The notes beneath the pieces are model-generated. The model did no database searches. It was not told the origin of the DNA and saw only the letters and a list, made by a program, of their open reading frames with translations. A stretch of 63,627 nucleotides of DNA, the filler included, from Perkinsus chesapeaki ATCC PRA-425 (taxonomy: Eukaryota > Protista > Perkinsozoa): assembly GCA_013115145.1 (NCBI GenBank). It is 9 parts of 9 records of this genome, joined end to end, with 100 filler letters (N's around TTAATTAATTAA, not from the genome) between each part and the next. Parts side by side here need not be neighbours in the genome. Positions count along the whole stretch, not along the records: positions 5,768 to 33,999 come from JAAPAO010000479.1; 8 more parts are not named here. One strand, given 5' to 3'. Positions 13,482 through 26,305 of this stretch are shown here, in pieces. Numbering within the stretch: position 1 is the first letter of the stretch; each line of letters starts with the position of its first letter. A program made the position numbers and the translations under genes.

Positions 13482-15525
13482 GTGGTATCTTTTAGTCTAC
13501 ATTTCTAACCGGTCCCTTTTCATACAGGAAAGGACTCATCTGTTCATCATTGTGTACCAATTATAAACTCGACATTATTTCCCTTTCGATGGTTGTATGT
13601 GTTTTCCATAGTGTCCGAATACCAATAGAAAGCCACGCGACCGATGGAAGCCAAGGTGGAAGAATAACCGTAAATCCGCCTGCTAATTTGGATCCTCCAT
13701 TTTCCCGTGGATACGCACCAACTAGGGCGCAGAGACTCCATTGCCGACTCTACAAAACTTCACGATCGCTTTCAGAATAGCTTGCGATCGTTAAAGGGCA
13801 AGGCACCTTCGATCTTGGGACATGCCCTGTCCTCAGCAACAACAACAATTGGAGTCGATGCTCGCCTAGATACGTGGGCGATGAAATAGGAAATGCCAGG
13901 AAGTTCTGGCATGATGGGCTAAAGAGGTGTACCGATTTAAGAAGGAAGGCTTGAGGCTGTGAATGAGTGGGAGGCATGCAGCATCGGTTAACACATCATC
14001 CAACAATCAAGGTGTATCACATAGGTTTAATATGCAGAAAGTGACAGTGATGGACTTGAAGGAGACAGAAATTGTGTCACAGAATATGGTGACGCCAATT
14101 CTTTATCGAAGTTTTGGCGCAGGGGGCGGATTATTCCCAGACCGAGTGGGAAAGCATTGTTCATGACCCCGTAGCTCCTGAGTTTCAAGTACACCATTTC
14201 ATGTTCCCTTCTAGAATCCTTTGGGCATCAATTCTGGCCAGCATCACCATTCCCGTAGTGGTTGGTATAAAGATGTGTGGTTTCGATGTCATCAAAGGCT
14301 CGTATTTAGGGGCGCTTTCAAATCTTCACTTTGGCATTGATGTAACTGCGGTCACCAAAGGCGCCTTCCAAGCGAACATTCATGTTGTAAACGACTCCAG
14401 ACGGCTCCTTATGTGCATTGGTGTTGAATGGTTCAAGGTGCCTCCTGAGCGTACTTCGTCACGAGATGCTCACAGAGATGGAACTTATGAAGCTAGAAGT
14501 GAATGTCTCACCAAAGTGGGTGCCATCGTTGGATGGACCAACCGTAGTTGGCTTGCGTGGGTCTCCGAGAACCAAGACGATATGGATCTGAATCATGTGG
14601 TGAACTTGGAGCACACCAGAGTTGCTTGCCGGCAGCTACCTAAATCGGTACCCATGATACCTATTTGGTTAGCGACACCACTTAATGCGAGTCTGCCTCA
14701 GCCGCTCGATATGAATATTTAGTGTTCAGATCTAACGAGCGTATAATGGATTTTAGTTTATTTGTTGATCCTATCTGGTAGGGCCCCCTCAGTCACCATA
14801 TAGTTCTTGCTAAATCTATGCTGACAGCTGCCAAGGCATTGGAAGTATCGCCTTGATAATCGAGCTTTTAGCAGTTTCTCGGTTTACTATTGCCTCAGTT
14901 GATCATGCATGTAGACAACACACCAAGGGATATTCCGTCACCACCAGCTTTGTTGCAGTCATATTCAAACATATGAGTAAACAACGGCTTCCCAGGAGTA
15001 GAGTTATCTGCCTCCAACTTGAGATCACAGAGTTGTGTTGGTCATACACAGGACTGCTTCCGCGATTGAGTCAAGTGAAAAAGAAGGTCTCTTGCATTGA
15101 GCTTTCTCCAGTGAACCATGCGGTATCAGACACATCATTCGGATATTGGCTTTATGGCAGTTATTCCGTCTGAGTCTGATTTTGATCTAGAGAACGATCA
15201 GGTGTTACTTTGAAATACATTAGAGATATTAGGATTAGCTTGTCTCAGGTCCATTGCTCCCTTGAGTGTTGTCAGCCATATTATAAACGCAACAAACGCA
15301 AGGCAAGACGGCTACGGATCTATTCTAATCTTGCAGTCCAAGCCTCCTTGGTCCGTGTTTCAAGACGCGGGAGGCATGACCACAAAACGGTACATATCCG
15401 CAAGTGTACGCATGCACTGTACGTGAGCCAGTGAAGAGTACACTGCATGGTAAACTCAAGTATTAACTTCTACTAACACTTATGAAGGTAAATATGAAGT
15501 ACTAAACCACTGACAACTACTGCGA

Positions 15526-16611
15526 TCACCTTGCCATAGCAAAACCAATCTTATTGTTATCACGATCGAAATAGAAATAGTTCCCAAGAATAGCATTAAC
15601 CCCTAGAGTGACGTCATCGTCGCCATCAAACCGAACACGTACGAGACAAACATCACCTTGAGCCCTCAATACAAGATTGCTAGCGGGAATGACAAGGGCG
15701 ACCTTTTCCCCTTTCAATCCCTTCGCGAGAAAAGTCATGGACGGTAGATTGGGAGCATCAGAGCACGAGATGTACAAATTTTTTTTTGGCGTCTCTTTGA
15801 TTTGTACCTTTTTCTCGCCGGCGGTCTGCAAGCGAGTAATAACTTGACTTTTGAACTTTCGATTCATAAAAATGACCATGCTACCGGTATCAAGACAAGC
15901 AGGCTTCACCATAGCGATGGTATTTTTTGGGTCAGTTCCAATTGTCAATCCGAGGACTTGGAACGAAAAATCCTCCCTATCTACGATTTGGACGTAGCTC
16001 AAAGGGCCGGCATGCTTTGATGGGTCATCACCGCCGAGTATCAGCTCACCGGAAGGGTTGTCACCAGCAGTAAAATAGATAGAGAAAGAGGTGCCCGTAA
16101 TAATCTTCTTGTCGTAGAGTTGCTCAATAACGGACTTGCATAGAGCGGTAAGTGGATCAGACGCCGCCAAGCCGAGTGAGGCCCAGATCGTAGCCGCATC
16201 ATGATCGTAGGCGGCTACTAAACCGAAATCTAGGGATGTGGATACTCCACCGTTGAGATCGAGCTTCCCAGTGTGTTTGAAAATATCAACTTCGTGGCCA
16301 TCCGCGAAAACTATTTTCTTTGTTGGACCCTCTTTGCAAGGCGGGATGCACTCGTAGCATCCGAAAATGAGCTGGGCACAATCTTGATGGTTGTTCTCAT
16401 ACCATTTTCTCCAAACAAAAAACGTAGCATCAATTCCAGTATCAACTAATGCATATATACTTTGACCATCAGCCTTGAAGTTTACCATCGGATCAGGGTA
16501 CGCCTCGCTTGCACGAGTCATCTTAAATGACATGTCCATTCTAACCAGTTTGTCAGCTATGTCCACCTGTGCCAGTGTACAAACTAGAATCAGACCTAGA
16601 TGCCTGGACAT
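15526..16611 (-). CDS. Secreted pepsin-like (A1) aspartic protease
   Basis: Signal-peptide-like N-terminus, two DTG motifs (LVDTG, CLDTGS), GELILGG, LG.N.I.G.YF.FD....IGFA C-terminus. Confidence 0.92.
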   Translation of the reverse strand: MSRHLGLILVCTLAQVDIADKLVRMDMSFKMTRASEAYPDPMVNFKADGQSIYALVDTGIDATFFVWRKWYENNHQDCAQLIFGCYECIPPCKEGPTKKIVFADGHEVDIFKHTGKLDLNGGVSTSLDFGLVAAYDHDAATIWASLGLAASDPLTALCKSVIEQLYDKKIITGTSFSIYFTAGDNPSGELILGGDDPSKHAGPLSYVQIVDREDFSFQVLGLTIGTDPKNTIAMVKPACLDTGSMVIFMNRKFKSQVITRLQTAGEKKVQIKETPKKNLYISCSDAPNLPSMTFLAKGLKGEKVALVIPASNLVLRAQGDVCLVRVRFDGDDDVTLGVNAILGNYFYFDRDNNKIGFAMAR

Positions 16612-17670
16612 GTGAGAAGGGGTAAGTCCGGCTGGACAAGCTGGCTCTTGCGCTCCGCACTCTGCGCCTGCTGTCTACCCCTTCTCCTCCTGTTTGTTGA
16701 GGATCTCGAGATAGCGAGTTTGGCTTCAGGAATTCTAACGACCGCCTTGAGTTGATAGTGCCACTAACTTGGTGGTCCTTCTCTTGTTGTTATCTGTTTA
16801 TTGATGGCTCGTGCATTCTAGACCCCGTTCTCCGCGAGCAAGGCCCTTCGCCCTCAGGCGCGATGCGCCGTAACATTCCGATACATTGTTGGCGAGAAAC
16901 CCTTTTCTTATAGTGGCAAAAAGTGACTGAAATGTTGAATATCGTTGTTGTTATACACGAGAGGTATTTGAAAGTGAAATCCGGACTGTATAGTCCGCAT
17001 ATCGTTCAATAAGGCAGACAAACCGGATCCGTTGTCAGTGAAACCGGGAGACATAGTTCATGACACGTTTACGGTTCAGAATCTCATAGTGAGGGTTCGT
17101 GTCGGTGATCTAGGTGCCCTTCGCTCGTTTCTTCTCTGCTCGCCACATACCTGCCCAAATGGGTTGCTCTCAAGAGGGTTACTAAAGTGGAGAAGAGTCC
17201 GCTTGTCAGAAAATAATATCAAGTTTATATTCTCCGAACCATTTTTCGTTCTCTACGCTACAAGAGATACGGGCACACCTTCACGAGCTTTCTTGTACCC
17301 ATGTAGCAGTTAGTTATTGGACAAACAGTGAAGATTTCATAGCTGTTGCATTGCCGAGACGCGCATCGGAGTAGTCAGACGATGTTGCGGATCGCCAGAG
17401 CAGTCGATGCACTTCGAGCAATGTTAGCGATACTCTTGACCGAACCTTAGAACTTGTATAGAGACCTTCCCAGCTACGATTCACATTTTTCCGATGAGTC
17501 ATGCCTTTGTAACACACAAAGCCAGAGCTCGTCAAATAATACTCATCCTGCTTTGAGCTCGTGAGGGGCTTTGAGCTTAGTGATGAGAAAGCGTTCAAGT
17601 GTGGCGAGGAGGAATAGTAAACTTTGGTAATGCCCTTCTTACAGCATTTCGGGTTTATCGGTCTTGTAGA

Positions 17671-17692
17671 TACCCATCATGGGTAACTCATG
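17671..17692. other. Putative hairpin-excision scar, 1 mismatch (8-mer TACCCATG)
   Basis: tacccat-catgggta-actcatg; expected right arm is acccatg. Confidence 0.7.
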
Positions 17693-18565
17693 GTCTGCCG
17701 TTCGCAGGTTGTGCGACTTAGGTAACATTTCATTCCTAACTGTGTCGTCCAGTAAACGATATTTACTCAAATAGTTGATAATCACCTTGAAGACGGCTCT
17801 GAGCACTCGATTTACACTCACTCTCTTTTACACATAAATTTTGTATATTTAGCTGATACGATAGCTATCAAGCTCGCTATCGTTTCCGGGGAAGTTGTAA
17901 GATGATAGTGAATGTATTAAGCCCTTCAGCTGACAGCTGCCCAGAGGCTTTTGTTTCTTCCCGACCACCAATCTGCTGGCAGGCTTGGACTTTAACTTCG
18001 TTGCTCTGCGGCCTATAATATCCACCTTCTCTTGTAGGGGATTGATAGTTTCTGGAGGAATTCATGGAAAATGAGAGATTGGCGGTCGCTGTGGCCGAGT
18101 TGACCTATTGTCCATTATGTTCTTTGAGGGAGCCAATACTGGTAGCCTTCCCGTCTCAACTCGGGTCTATGTCATGAGCGATTGAAAATATACGTTGATA
18201 GAAAATCTTGTGTGTGTGTGCGAGTTAGTCCGACGCCAAAAAGTTTAGACGTCCATTTTAGTTAGAAGTTAAAAGTTTAGTTGGACCATCCATTTTATGT
18301 GCAACTGCCGGGAGAGTTTAATTCCTGTACTGTTCTGTCATTGTATGGTTCGCCCCGAAAGCCTTCATTGGTCATCGCGGTGAGCACCATATACTAAGAC
18401 AACTTATTATGTGACATTATGTGAGAGAGCGTTGCTGCGGCACGACTCCTTGCGGGTTTTGCTTCGCGACGGAGCTATGGTATGGGGCTCCAGGGCCGTT
18501 TAACTCAACACTGCCCGAGGCCTGATGGATAAAAGCCCCTCAAGTGAATGTAGTAATAATAATGA

Positions 18566-18587
18566 CCGAGTACTGCTCGGCGAGCAG
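18566..18587. other. Putative hairpin-excision scar, 1 mismatch (8-mer CCGAGCAG)
   Basis: ccgagta-ctgctcgg-cgagcag; expected left arm is ccgagca. Confidence 0.7.
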
Positions 18588-20954
18588 CCAGAACAATGAA
18601 AATTATAAGTACGAAGCACTAGAGCATCATAATTAGTGTCAAAAATCATCATCATACCCAATTTGTGTTACAGGAATCGATCACATACGTAAAACAAAGT
18701 TTGTGATGTTAATGTTCCTACACGGAACCACTATAAATGACCAGCAAGAAATCTGATGCTGATATTGAAGACAAGACGCCAACAGTCATATAAGCTGACT
18801 AGGCAATAGTCATAATAATAAGTAATAGAAAATTTGTTCTCACCCCATTCCGAAATGTCACTGTTGGAATGATAAGACAAGAGGCTGTATTACAGCCAAA
18901 ACACACGACTGAGGAGCCTCAGCACCACATAGTCCACAGCAAGCAGCATAGATGCATAAATGGACCACTGAGTAAGAAGCACGTATGCATGTTTCAGAAG
19001 TGGTGTTGCAAGAGTGGTATTGCGAGCGTGGCGCAAGTTTTATGCTACAACCCTGACCTTGAACCTATAGCCGAATGAACCAATCTTTGCGGAGTACATG
19101 CAGTAATGCTCACTCAAAGTCACGGTGTGCGTATCCAAGCCTGCCCTCTCAGCGCAACTGTCTGTGAATAAACAAACAACTTCCTGAACAAACGTTGCAC
19201 TGCCCCAAGAAGTATGGCACGGCACAGGCCCACAGGCCCACAAATTAGACCAATCTGCGTCTGGAAGCTCAAGTCTATGTAGTATGAAGAATCTGTCTCT
19301 ATCTCCTTAGGCACAACCATTCGTATAGATCCTTCACGATTCCTTACACTATATTCCCCTTCATACACCCCAGCACCCAGGTGACATAGTGAACACCCAA
19401 TAGTGCAAGATGTTAAAGCCCATATAGTCAACCATATCGCAAGTCTTGTGCAAGTTACTATGAAGCATACTTTTAGGGGGTACTTGATCTTCTCGTAGCC
19501 ATCGATATACTCGTTAGAAGAAGTAAGAGAATGAGTCATCAATGAAGATTATGAAGGCCTAACGAGATCATAGATCAAGCCGGTCTGCACATGAAGTGTC
19601 ACACAACTATTCATGAACAACGAAGGCAGATGGCAGATCATTAGCGCCTACACAGCTAGATAGCCTATGAGGTACCACCGAAGGCGACTCACCCCCTCGG
19701 CTGCGGGGCGATGTAATCCTTGCAAACTTATGTTGCACGCTTTAGTCCACGCTTTATTTTTCGGACTCCTTGGGGGCAACTCGAACTATCTGCTACCACA
19801 TCGCCCTCTTTTATTCCCATCCTATATATCGTCCGTCATCTTCCTCCTCAGCATTCCACTACAGCAAGTGCTTCGTTCTAAAAAAATGAGAAGTTCACAT
19901 GTCATGTCACGGTCACGTTGGCAGTGACGCTTACAACCTCGGGATGGCTACTTTGCTCCGAAACGAATTCCGCGGGATTTCCGCGTATATGATAATCACA
20001 TGTTTCTGTAGGTCTGAAGAGGGTCTGTAGAGGTAGAAGAGCTCCCTTCGGAAAGGACCTTATATCATTAGCGGTTCACAAGGGTTCGTAGTATCAAATA
20101 ATAAACATATCCACCCACTGCGGACATCCGAGGACATATCTTATCTTACTTCCTCACTTTGCGTCCGAAGTTGTGCTCCGCTTAGCTTTGGGTCTGATGT
20201 TGGGCTCGTCTTCCTTGTCCACATAGATAGGTCTCACGACACAAAGAGAGCACGATCGCCTTATACGTTTGAGTGCCAACTGATAGCCGCGATTGACCAA
20301 CAGGTAGTTGGCAAGATTTCCGCTGTTCCATGCCGGAGTTGCTACGTGCTTGACTTTATCATTTCGCAGTTGGATACAAGTTCCTCCACATTTCAACTGT
20401 TACGAATCTTGGTACGTAGCAAGTCTTCCCTCAAAGGAAGAAAGCAGGCGTTTTTCGCTCTCCACGAGATATAGTGTTGCTTGGAGAGCGGGTAGTCGTT
20501 AGCCGACACTTGTAAATTATCTCAAAGCAGAAGACTTTCCAACATTAGACTGCCATCGTGGGCGATACTACTTCTGGTTGCAATACTCTATCAGTAGCGT
20601 CCGTTGTCGACTACACTTCCGCTCATAGCACTTACTGTGATCCCTCATACGTTGGAACAAGAGGATGCCAGATTTCTGTATTGGCTCCACGCGCGTAAAC
20701 GGTATATAGCGGCAACTGTCCTCTTGTGACGGCTAACTGTCCAATTGACCTTCTTGTCCGTGCAATCTGCTCTGTAATATTACGAATCACAAACGCAACA
20801 AGCGCATTTTGAAGTGCGCGGACTTCGCGCTGAACTGCTTAGCTAAGCGAATCTTGTCGCGTTCTTCAGGTCTGCAAGTCCTCTCGCTTCACTCAGTAAC
20901 TCAATGACAGCTTTGGGAAGAAACGTTGTAAGATGACAGTGAACGTATTTGTCG

Positions 20955-23026
20955 TCACTTCAACTGGCGTAGGACAGGCTTCTGTTTCTCACCGACCTTC
21001 GGTCTGCTGCCAGGCTTCGAGTTTTTCGCTCTGTTGGTCTCCTTGCGCTTCTGGGCCTCGTCCATAATGTCCATCTTCTCCTGTCGGAGTTTGATGGCCT
21101 TCGGGAGATGCTTATGGCTGAGAAGGAAAAGGTCCCTGGTTCGATTCCCAGCAGCGACAACTCACTTAGCAATGCGCCTTATTTCAGGCATGTGCTTGTA
21201 CTTAGCCACGAGCTTCTTTCGATAGGCCTGAGCCTTCTTCTCGCGCTGGCTAACAACGCCCAACTTATCCGAAGCCTGTCATACAAAACCATCCATCACA
21301 GGTTCGATCCCCGACACCTCCATCTACCTCATTCTTCCAAACTCTAACATTACAGTCCTCCGATCCGCTGAAAACAAATCGGCCATCACCGCTGTACTGA
21401 CAGCAAAGCACCCGCTGCATCCGTTTGGTATGATACACCTAAATGGTTCCCCTTATATACGAGACCATCGCCTTCAACTATTTTTACTTCCCTCGACCGC
21501 TGCGTCTCGTAATTGAATATTCTGATGGTCTTATCGTAGCCAGCAGAGACAAGCTCTTCGCCAGTCGGACTGTAGTCGAGATCTAGAACGGCTCGGACAT
21601 GGCCCTTGTGGATAAACACGGCCGAGTCGAGTTTTCTGACACCTCTAGCTACACCACTAACACACAGTATGTAAGTAATACCTCATGTCGAAGGTGTACA
21701 GATTGCCGTCTTCGTTGGCAACTGTGAACCGCAACGGTTGGCGGGGATTCCAACAGAAAGCATTGCTCCTGTTGCGCAGAACCACCTAAGGACACAGCTT
21801 CTTCACAATCGGAAAATTTGGCAGGCCTCGGCAATCGAGCCTCGAGATTCCCTGACCGAATGGTTACAAAATATATTTCAGGAAACCATCCACAGGAGAG
21901 TCATGCCGGAGGGTGGCAATATCTTTTTGTGGTGGAAGGTGCGAGAATCGACGGGAATTGTGCGAAATTTCCGACTGTCGCCAACACATATGTCCCAGTC
22001 CTTTCCAAAGATGCAGCCTATCTCTGGCAGTACCTTCCTCAAGCCACTTTGCATTCTGACGTCGAATAGGCCAATGGAGTTGTCCATGGCGGTAGTGCCG
22101 AGCAGACACTCCTCGCAGGGGTTGAACTTAACACTTAATGTGGCCTCAGTGCCCCACTCATACGTGGACAGTGGAGTTGTCCTAAGAACAAGTTCCAACA
22201 GTCTCTCCCGAATTGTCGGTATACCTGTTGTAGTCCCAGATGTCAACGGTTTCGCCAGCAGTAGCCAGCATGGCGCTCTTGCCCCAGTGAGCATCCACCG
22301 ATGATAACATGGATGACTGACAGAGACCCGTTGGTGGGATGCTGGTCGCTTCTATTATTACTGAGTTCAATACGTGCACTGGAGCGACCTTGTCATTATG
22401 TAGCGATGCGGAGGCGCCAGACTGGAGGGCCCCAACAGTACTGAACTTCTCGTCGAGCATTTCTCCGACGGCCTCGTCGGGATCAAACCTGCTCTCGTGT
22501 CTCCTCTCGGCACACCCTTCCTTCGATACTACCTCCACAGTTTAATAGTTTTATCCTCGCCAGCGCTGACTATCAGGGAATCATCGCTTGTAGTGCAGAT
22601 GCCTCGCACGAAGCCCTCATGCGCCCGTACGGCCTTAAAGCAGCGACGCTGACCAACGTTCCAGAAACGTATCTGGGACAAGGACGGTTTAACCCCCGTC
22701 CGATGGATAACCGCTCACCTCGCCATCGCAGCTTCCCGTGAAGAGAGGGGCTATGACGGTTCTGCACCTGGTCATGCACTTTACTGCATCTGTGTGGCCT
22801 TCCAAGGCACATAGAAACGGCTTGGCAAACATCTTCTGTATCTTGGCGCCGTTGAGAGCTCGAGTATACCTATAAAACATGGGACCTGGAGGAAAATACG
22901 GTATTACTCGGTGGCTCTGTCGAACGGATGGAGAACAGGATCTGCATTCCGTTGGTATTTCTGGATGCCACCAGGCTTGGTAATCGTGTACTCGGTGGGA
23001 TCTCGATGGAGAACCTTCACTTTCAT
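20955..23026 (-). CDS. DCAF13: DDB1- and CUL4-associated factor 13 / SOF1 (U3 snoRNP WD40 protein), multi-exon
   Basis: MKVKVLHRDPTEY...DPVLHPFDRATE|YTRALNGAKIQKMFAKPFLCALEGHTDAV; HKGHVRAVLDLDYSPTGEELVSAGYDKTIRIF; C-terminal Sof1 domain HLPKAIK...KRKE, stop at 20955. Confidence 0.92.
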
Positions 23027-23373
23027 CTTGACAGGTCAAATAGTAAACTGTCAACAATAAATAAGATGGATGTACAGTTATATTCACGATCACTGTTTCG
23101 AGGTAATACACCATGGGGTGGAAATACGGCTCGTAAACTACTTCACCAGAACAACTTGTCCATGCAACCGAAAATTGGCGTCACGTGGGCCCGAAAGCGC
23201 CGGTACTTATTGCTACCCAGATTCCTCTTATGACTGAGTGTCCTAACGAAGAAAGCATTTATGGACTGGGGTTGGAGCAATGGTTCCCAATGGAGCCCTT
23301 CGGAAACTTACAGGAAGTTTCTGGCCTTGACAGAATAAAGGACTACGGAAGCTTTAGGACCCACGAAATGGCA

Positions 23374-23445
23374 GGGTGTGTAGCTCAGCGGTAGAGCGGC
23401 TGACTGCAGATCAGCAGGTCCTCGGTTCAAATCCGGGCGCGCCCT
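23374..23445 (+). tRNA. tRNA-Cys (GCA)
   Basis: 72-nt cloverleaf: GGGTGTG/CGCGCCC acceptor stem, U73 discriminator, D-arm GCTCAGCGGTAGAGC, anticodon GCA at 23406-23408, T-loop GGTTCAAATCC, T-rich tail. Confidence 0.96.
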
Positions 23446-23668
23446 TTCTTTGACGTCACGGTTATTTGTGTGCACCCACCTTGCGCACAGCAGTTGAGCC
23501 GATGCCTGTTTCAGAGCATATCCTGCTTGCTAACTAACCTGCACCTGTGCTTCATGTTACATCTGAAGCAACAACTAGCTTGAATCCTCGCCTTGGCAAC
23601 CAAATTCTCCGCCTCACGATTGGCGATTGACCTGCCTGGGACGGTTTCTTGAAGGGTTCCTTTGATTC

Positions 23669-26220
23669 ATGTTATCAACCCTCAATCCTCTCCTACGTGG
23701 ATTTTGTTCTTCTTCTACAGCAGCTGCAGCGGCACACACGCCACGGCCGCCGTCCAAGGCACCCATGAGGAAGCCACAGTGGCTTAAAATGACATACCCG
23801 TAGTAGCAGTGGCTCGACGCTAGCAATGTCGTGCAAAATCACAATGCTAGTCTCTGCGATCGATCAGGGGGCTAACCGACGAGGGTCTGTCACGCTACCA
23901 TGGCTTGAAGGCTAATATAAAGTCCACCGGCTTGGCCACGGTTTGCCAGGAGGCTAAGTGCCCCAATATAGGGGAATGCTGGAGTGGCGGCACAGCTACT
24001 ATTATGCTAATGGGAGACACTTGCACTAGGTAGGGAACCCGGTGGGGTGTTGCAATCGATATGAAGTATTCAGGGGATGCCGGTTTTGTGCAGTGAAAAC
24101 GAGCCGACGGCCGCCTGCTTTGGACGCCAGCGAACCCTCAACAGTTGCGGAGACCATATCCAAGTGGAAAGGTGAAGATGGTAAGCAACTGAATTACATT
24201 GTAATATTTTGGGGCTCCAATACAAAAGGCTTGACTGGGGTAACAGGTGCTCACCAGTGTTGATCGAGATGACGTGCTAGATCAAGGGTCAATGCATATA
24301 GCTGAAACGGTGCGGAAGTTGAAGGAGCGGATGCCAGACTTGCTGGTCGAGGCACTCGTCCCTGATTTCAAGGGTGACAGGTAGTGGGTCTGTTAGTAGG
24401 GGAAATATGTGGTTATTAGTTTCTGTGTGAAGGAGGTTGCTACTAGCGGCTTGGACGTATATGCCCATAATATCGAGACAGTCGAGCGTCTAACACCCTC
24501 AGTGAGAGACCGTCGAGCTGGATATAGGCAGAGTCTAAGTGAGCTACTTGGTATCTTATTACTTAATCATGAATCTTACTAGATACTTTGGAGCTTGCCA
24601 AGGAGTACTGCCCCTCATTGTTAACTAAATCGTCGATAATGCTGGGACTGGGTGAAGAGGATGATGAGGTAATACTTAGGAGAACAACGGTAGCAGATCT
24701 ACCGCTGCTATTGGGCTTATACCTCCGAAAATTGTGCCGGTGCCTGTACACTTGGCAGTGGTATCTATAATGATTGGTTGAGTTATTGAATGTTGTTACT
24801 AAACTATAGTACTAGTTGGCCTTGATGACTTTGATTATGACATAGAAGCCAGCCTAGATCGTTCATCAATACCGGTGCTCGTGTTGCTTGTTTATAGTGT
24901 GCCATTTTATAGGGCAGCAGCTGCTGCTGGCAGCACACCCGGCACATTCGTCTCTTACCTTTCATTATTACCCATTGTTATGATATGTAATATTGACGAT
25001 ATCTATATTTTCCTGCATACTTCCCTGATACTCCGGCATGGTACCCTTGCTGCAACTCGGCTAATGATTCAGTAAAAACCGAGAAATGACGTAACACCCG
25101 TGAAAGTTTTGCCGGAAATATGGACTATGTTCATTTATATGACCATCACCTGGGCCCAGGATACGTATTGGGCGAAATATGAGTCATCTCGAAAATGAAC
25201 TATGAATATATTTTTATAGATGGACTTCATATCTACTATAGGATAAAGGATAGTATCTAGGATTTAGTATATATTCGATAACCAACGGAAACATTTCGAG
25301 CGAATCTTTCTCAGGTAGAGCAAGCTATGACTGATCTCCGAAGCTCAGGCGTCGACGTCGTTACTTTTGGCCAGTAGGAATATAGATATTTCGTGGCGCG
25401 TGACGCTGTGGTTTAGGTATCTTCAGCCTACTAAGCACCATATGAAGGTAACTCGCTATGTAACGCCGGCGGAGTTCGAGAAGTGGAAAAGTGTGGCTGA
25501 GAAAATGGGATTTCTGTAGGCTTTGGTGGGGGGGGTCATACTACCATAGTGCTATCATCGATTTTTGTGGAGGATATCGAAAAGATGGTATGAAAGTCGC
25601 CGTGCTATGCAATTGGGTGTCTCGTACTACTTGCTGGGTTCCTACCCGTCTATCGCTGAGGCTCAATCGAACAAGGCGAGGTTTCTTCGCTAATGTCTCC
25701 AAACCTTCTTCGTTTTACATGCCTTCGAGTGTACAACTTTTCGACTTCGGTAACTGTTATAGTTATATAATATAATAACAGTATACGATACCTATATCTT
25801 AACATATATTATCGTATATGTTATACAGTATTATTTTCCTTCTCGGGCGGCAGCACTTGTTCTTTCATCAGGCAGCAGACAGTAGGCAGTATTGGAGTAT
25901 AGCTGCGGGCTCAGTCACTCGTAGGAGATTGGGCAGCAGCCCTATGAAGTGTAGCGGCACTATCATAGTATTAGTATTATACTCATTATATATCTCTCTT
26001 ATAGTTCCTCATATTACTCTATATAAGTGTGATGAATCTACCTTTTATAGCGTCTCATCAGAGTTCCTAGTCTGATCCGGTGTATCGAAGCTCCTCTTTA
26101 TCAATGTATTACAGATACTGTGCCAGTGGCCCTATGGTGCGGAGTAGCTATCGGGCTGGTGAGTTCTATATGGATGCTATGATAAGGCAAAGGCGCGGCG
26201 CCAACAGTAGCAAAGGTTGA
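23669..26220 (+). CDS. LIAS: Lipoyl synthase (radical SAM), multi-exon
   Basis: RKPQWLK; [14 protein letters not shown] (auxiliary cluster); GDTCTR|GCRFCAVKT (CxxxCxxC); [10 protein letters not shown]; [11 protein letters not shown]; FGQ|YLQPT; [16 protein letters not shown]. Introns include 24669-25314, 25374-25416 and 25516-26114. Confidence 0.93.
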
Positions 26221-26305
26221 TCACGTTTAGAAGTTTTTCGTGCAACTCATCTGGGAGCTGAGTTTTGTGGCGCAGTGACTTTTAGGTTTTATCTTTGTAT
26301 TTGAT

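Noticed and set aside
13550-15434. Several short ORFs including 14114..14722
   Set aside because: No recognisable motifs or consistent exon chain; likewise for 16.7-20.9 kb and 51.2-54.3 kb. Unannotated genes may exist there but I cannot support them.
18383-18400. AGCACCATATACTAA resembling the U6 snRNA 5' region
   Set aside because: No ACAGAGA box or downstream U6 sequence follows.
26028-26075. GTGATGA...CTGA in a long LIAS intron (possible C/D snoRNA)
   Set aside because: Only about 48 nt, with no terminal stem or internal C'/D' boxes.
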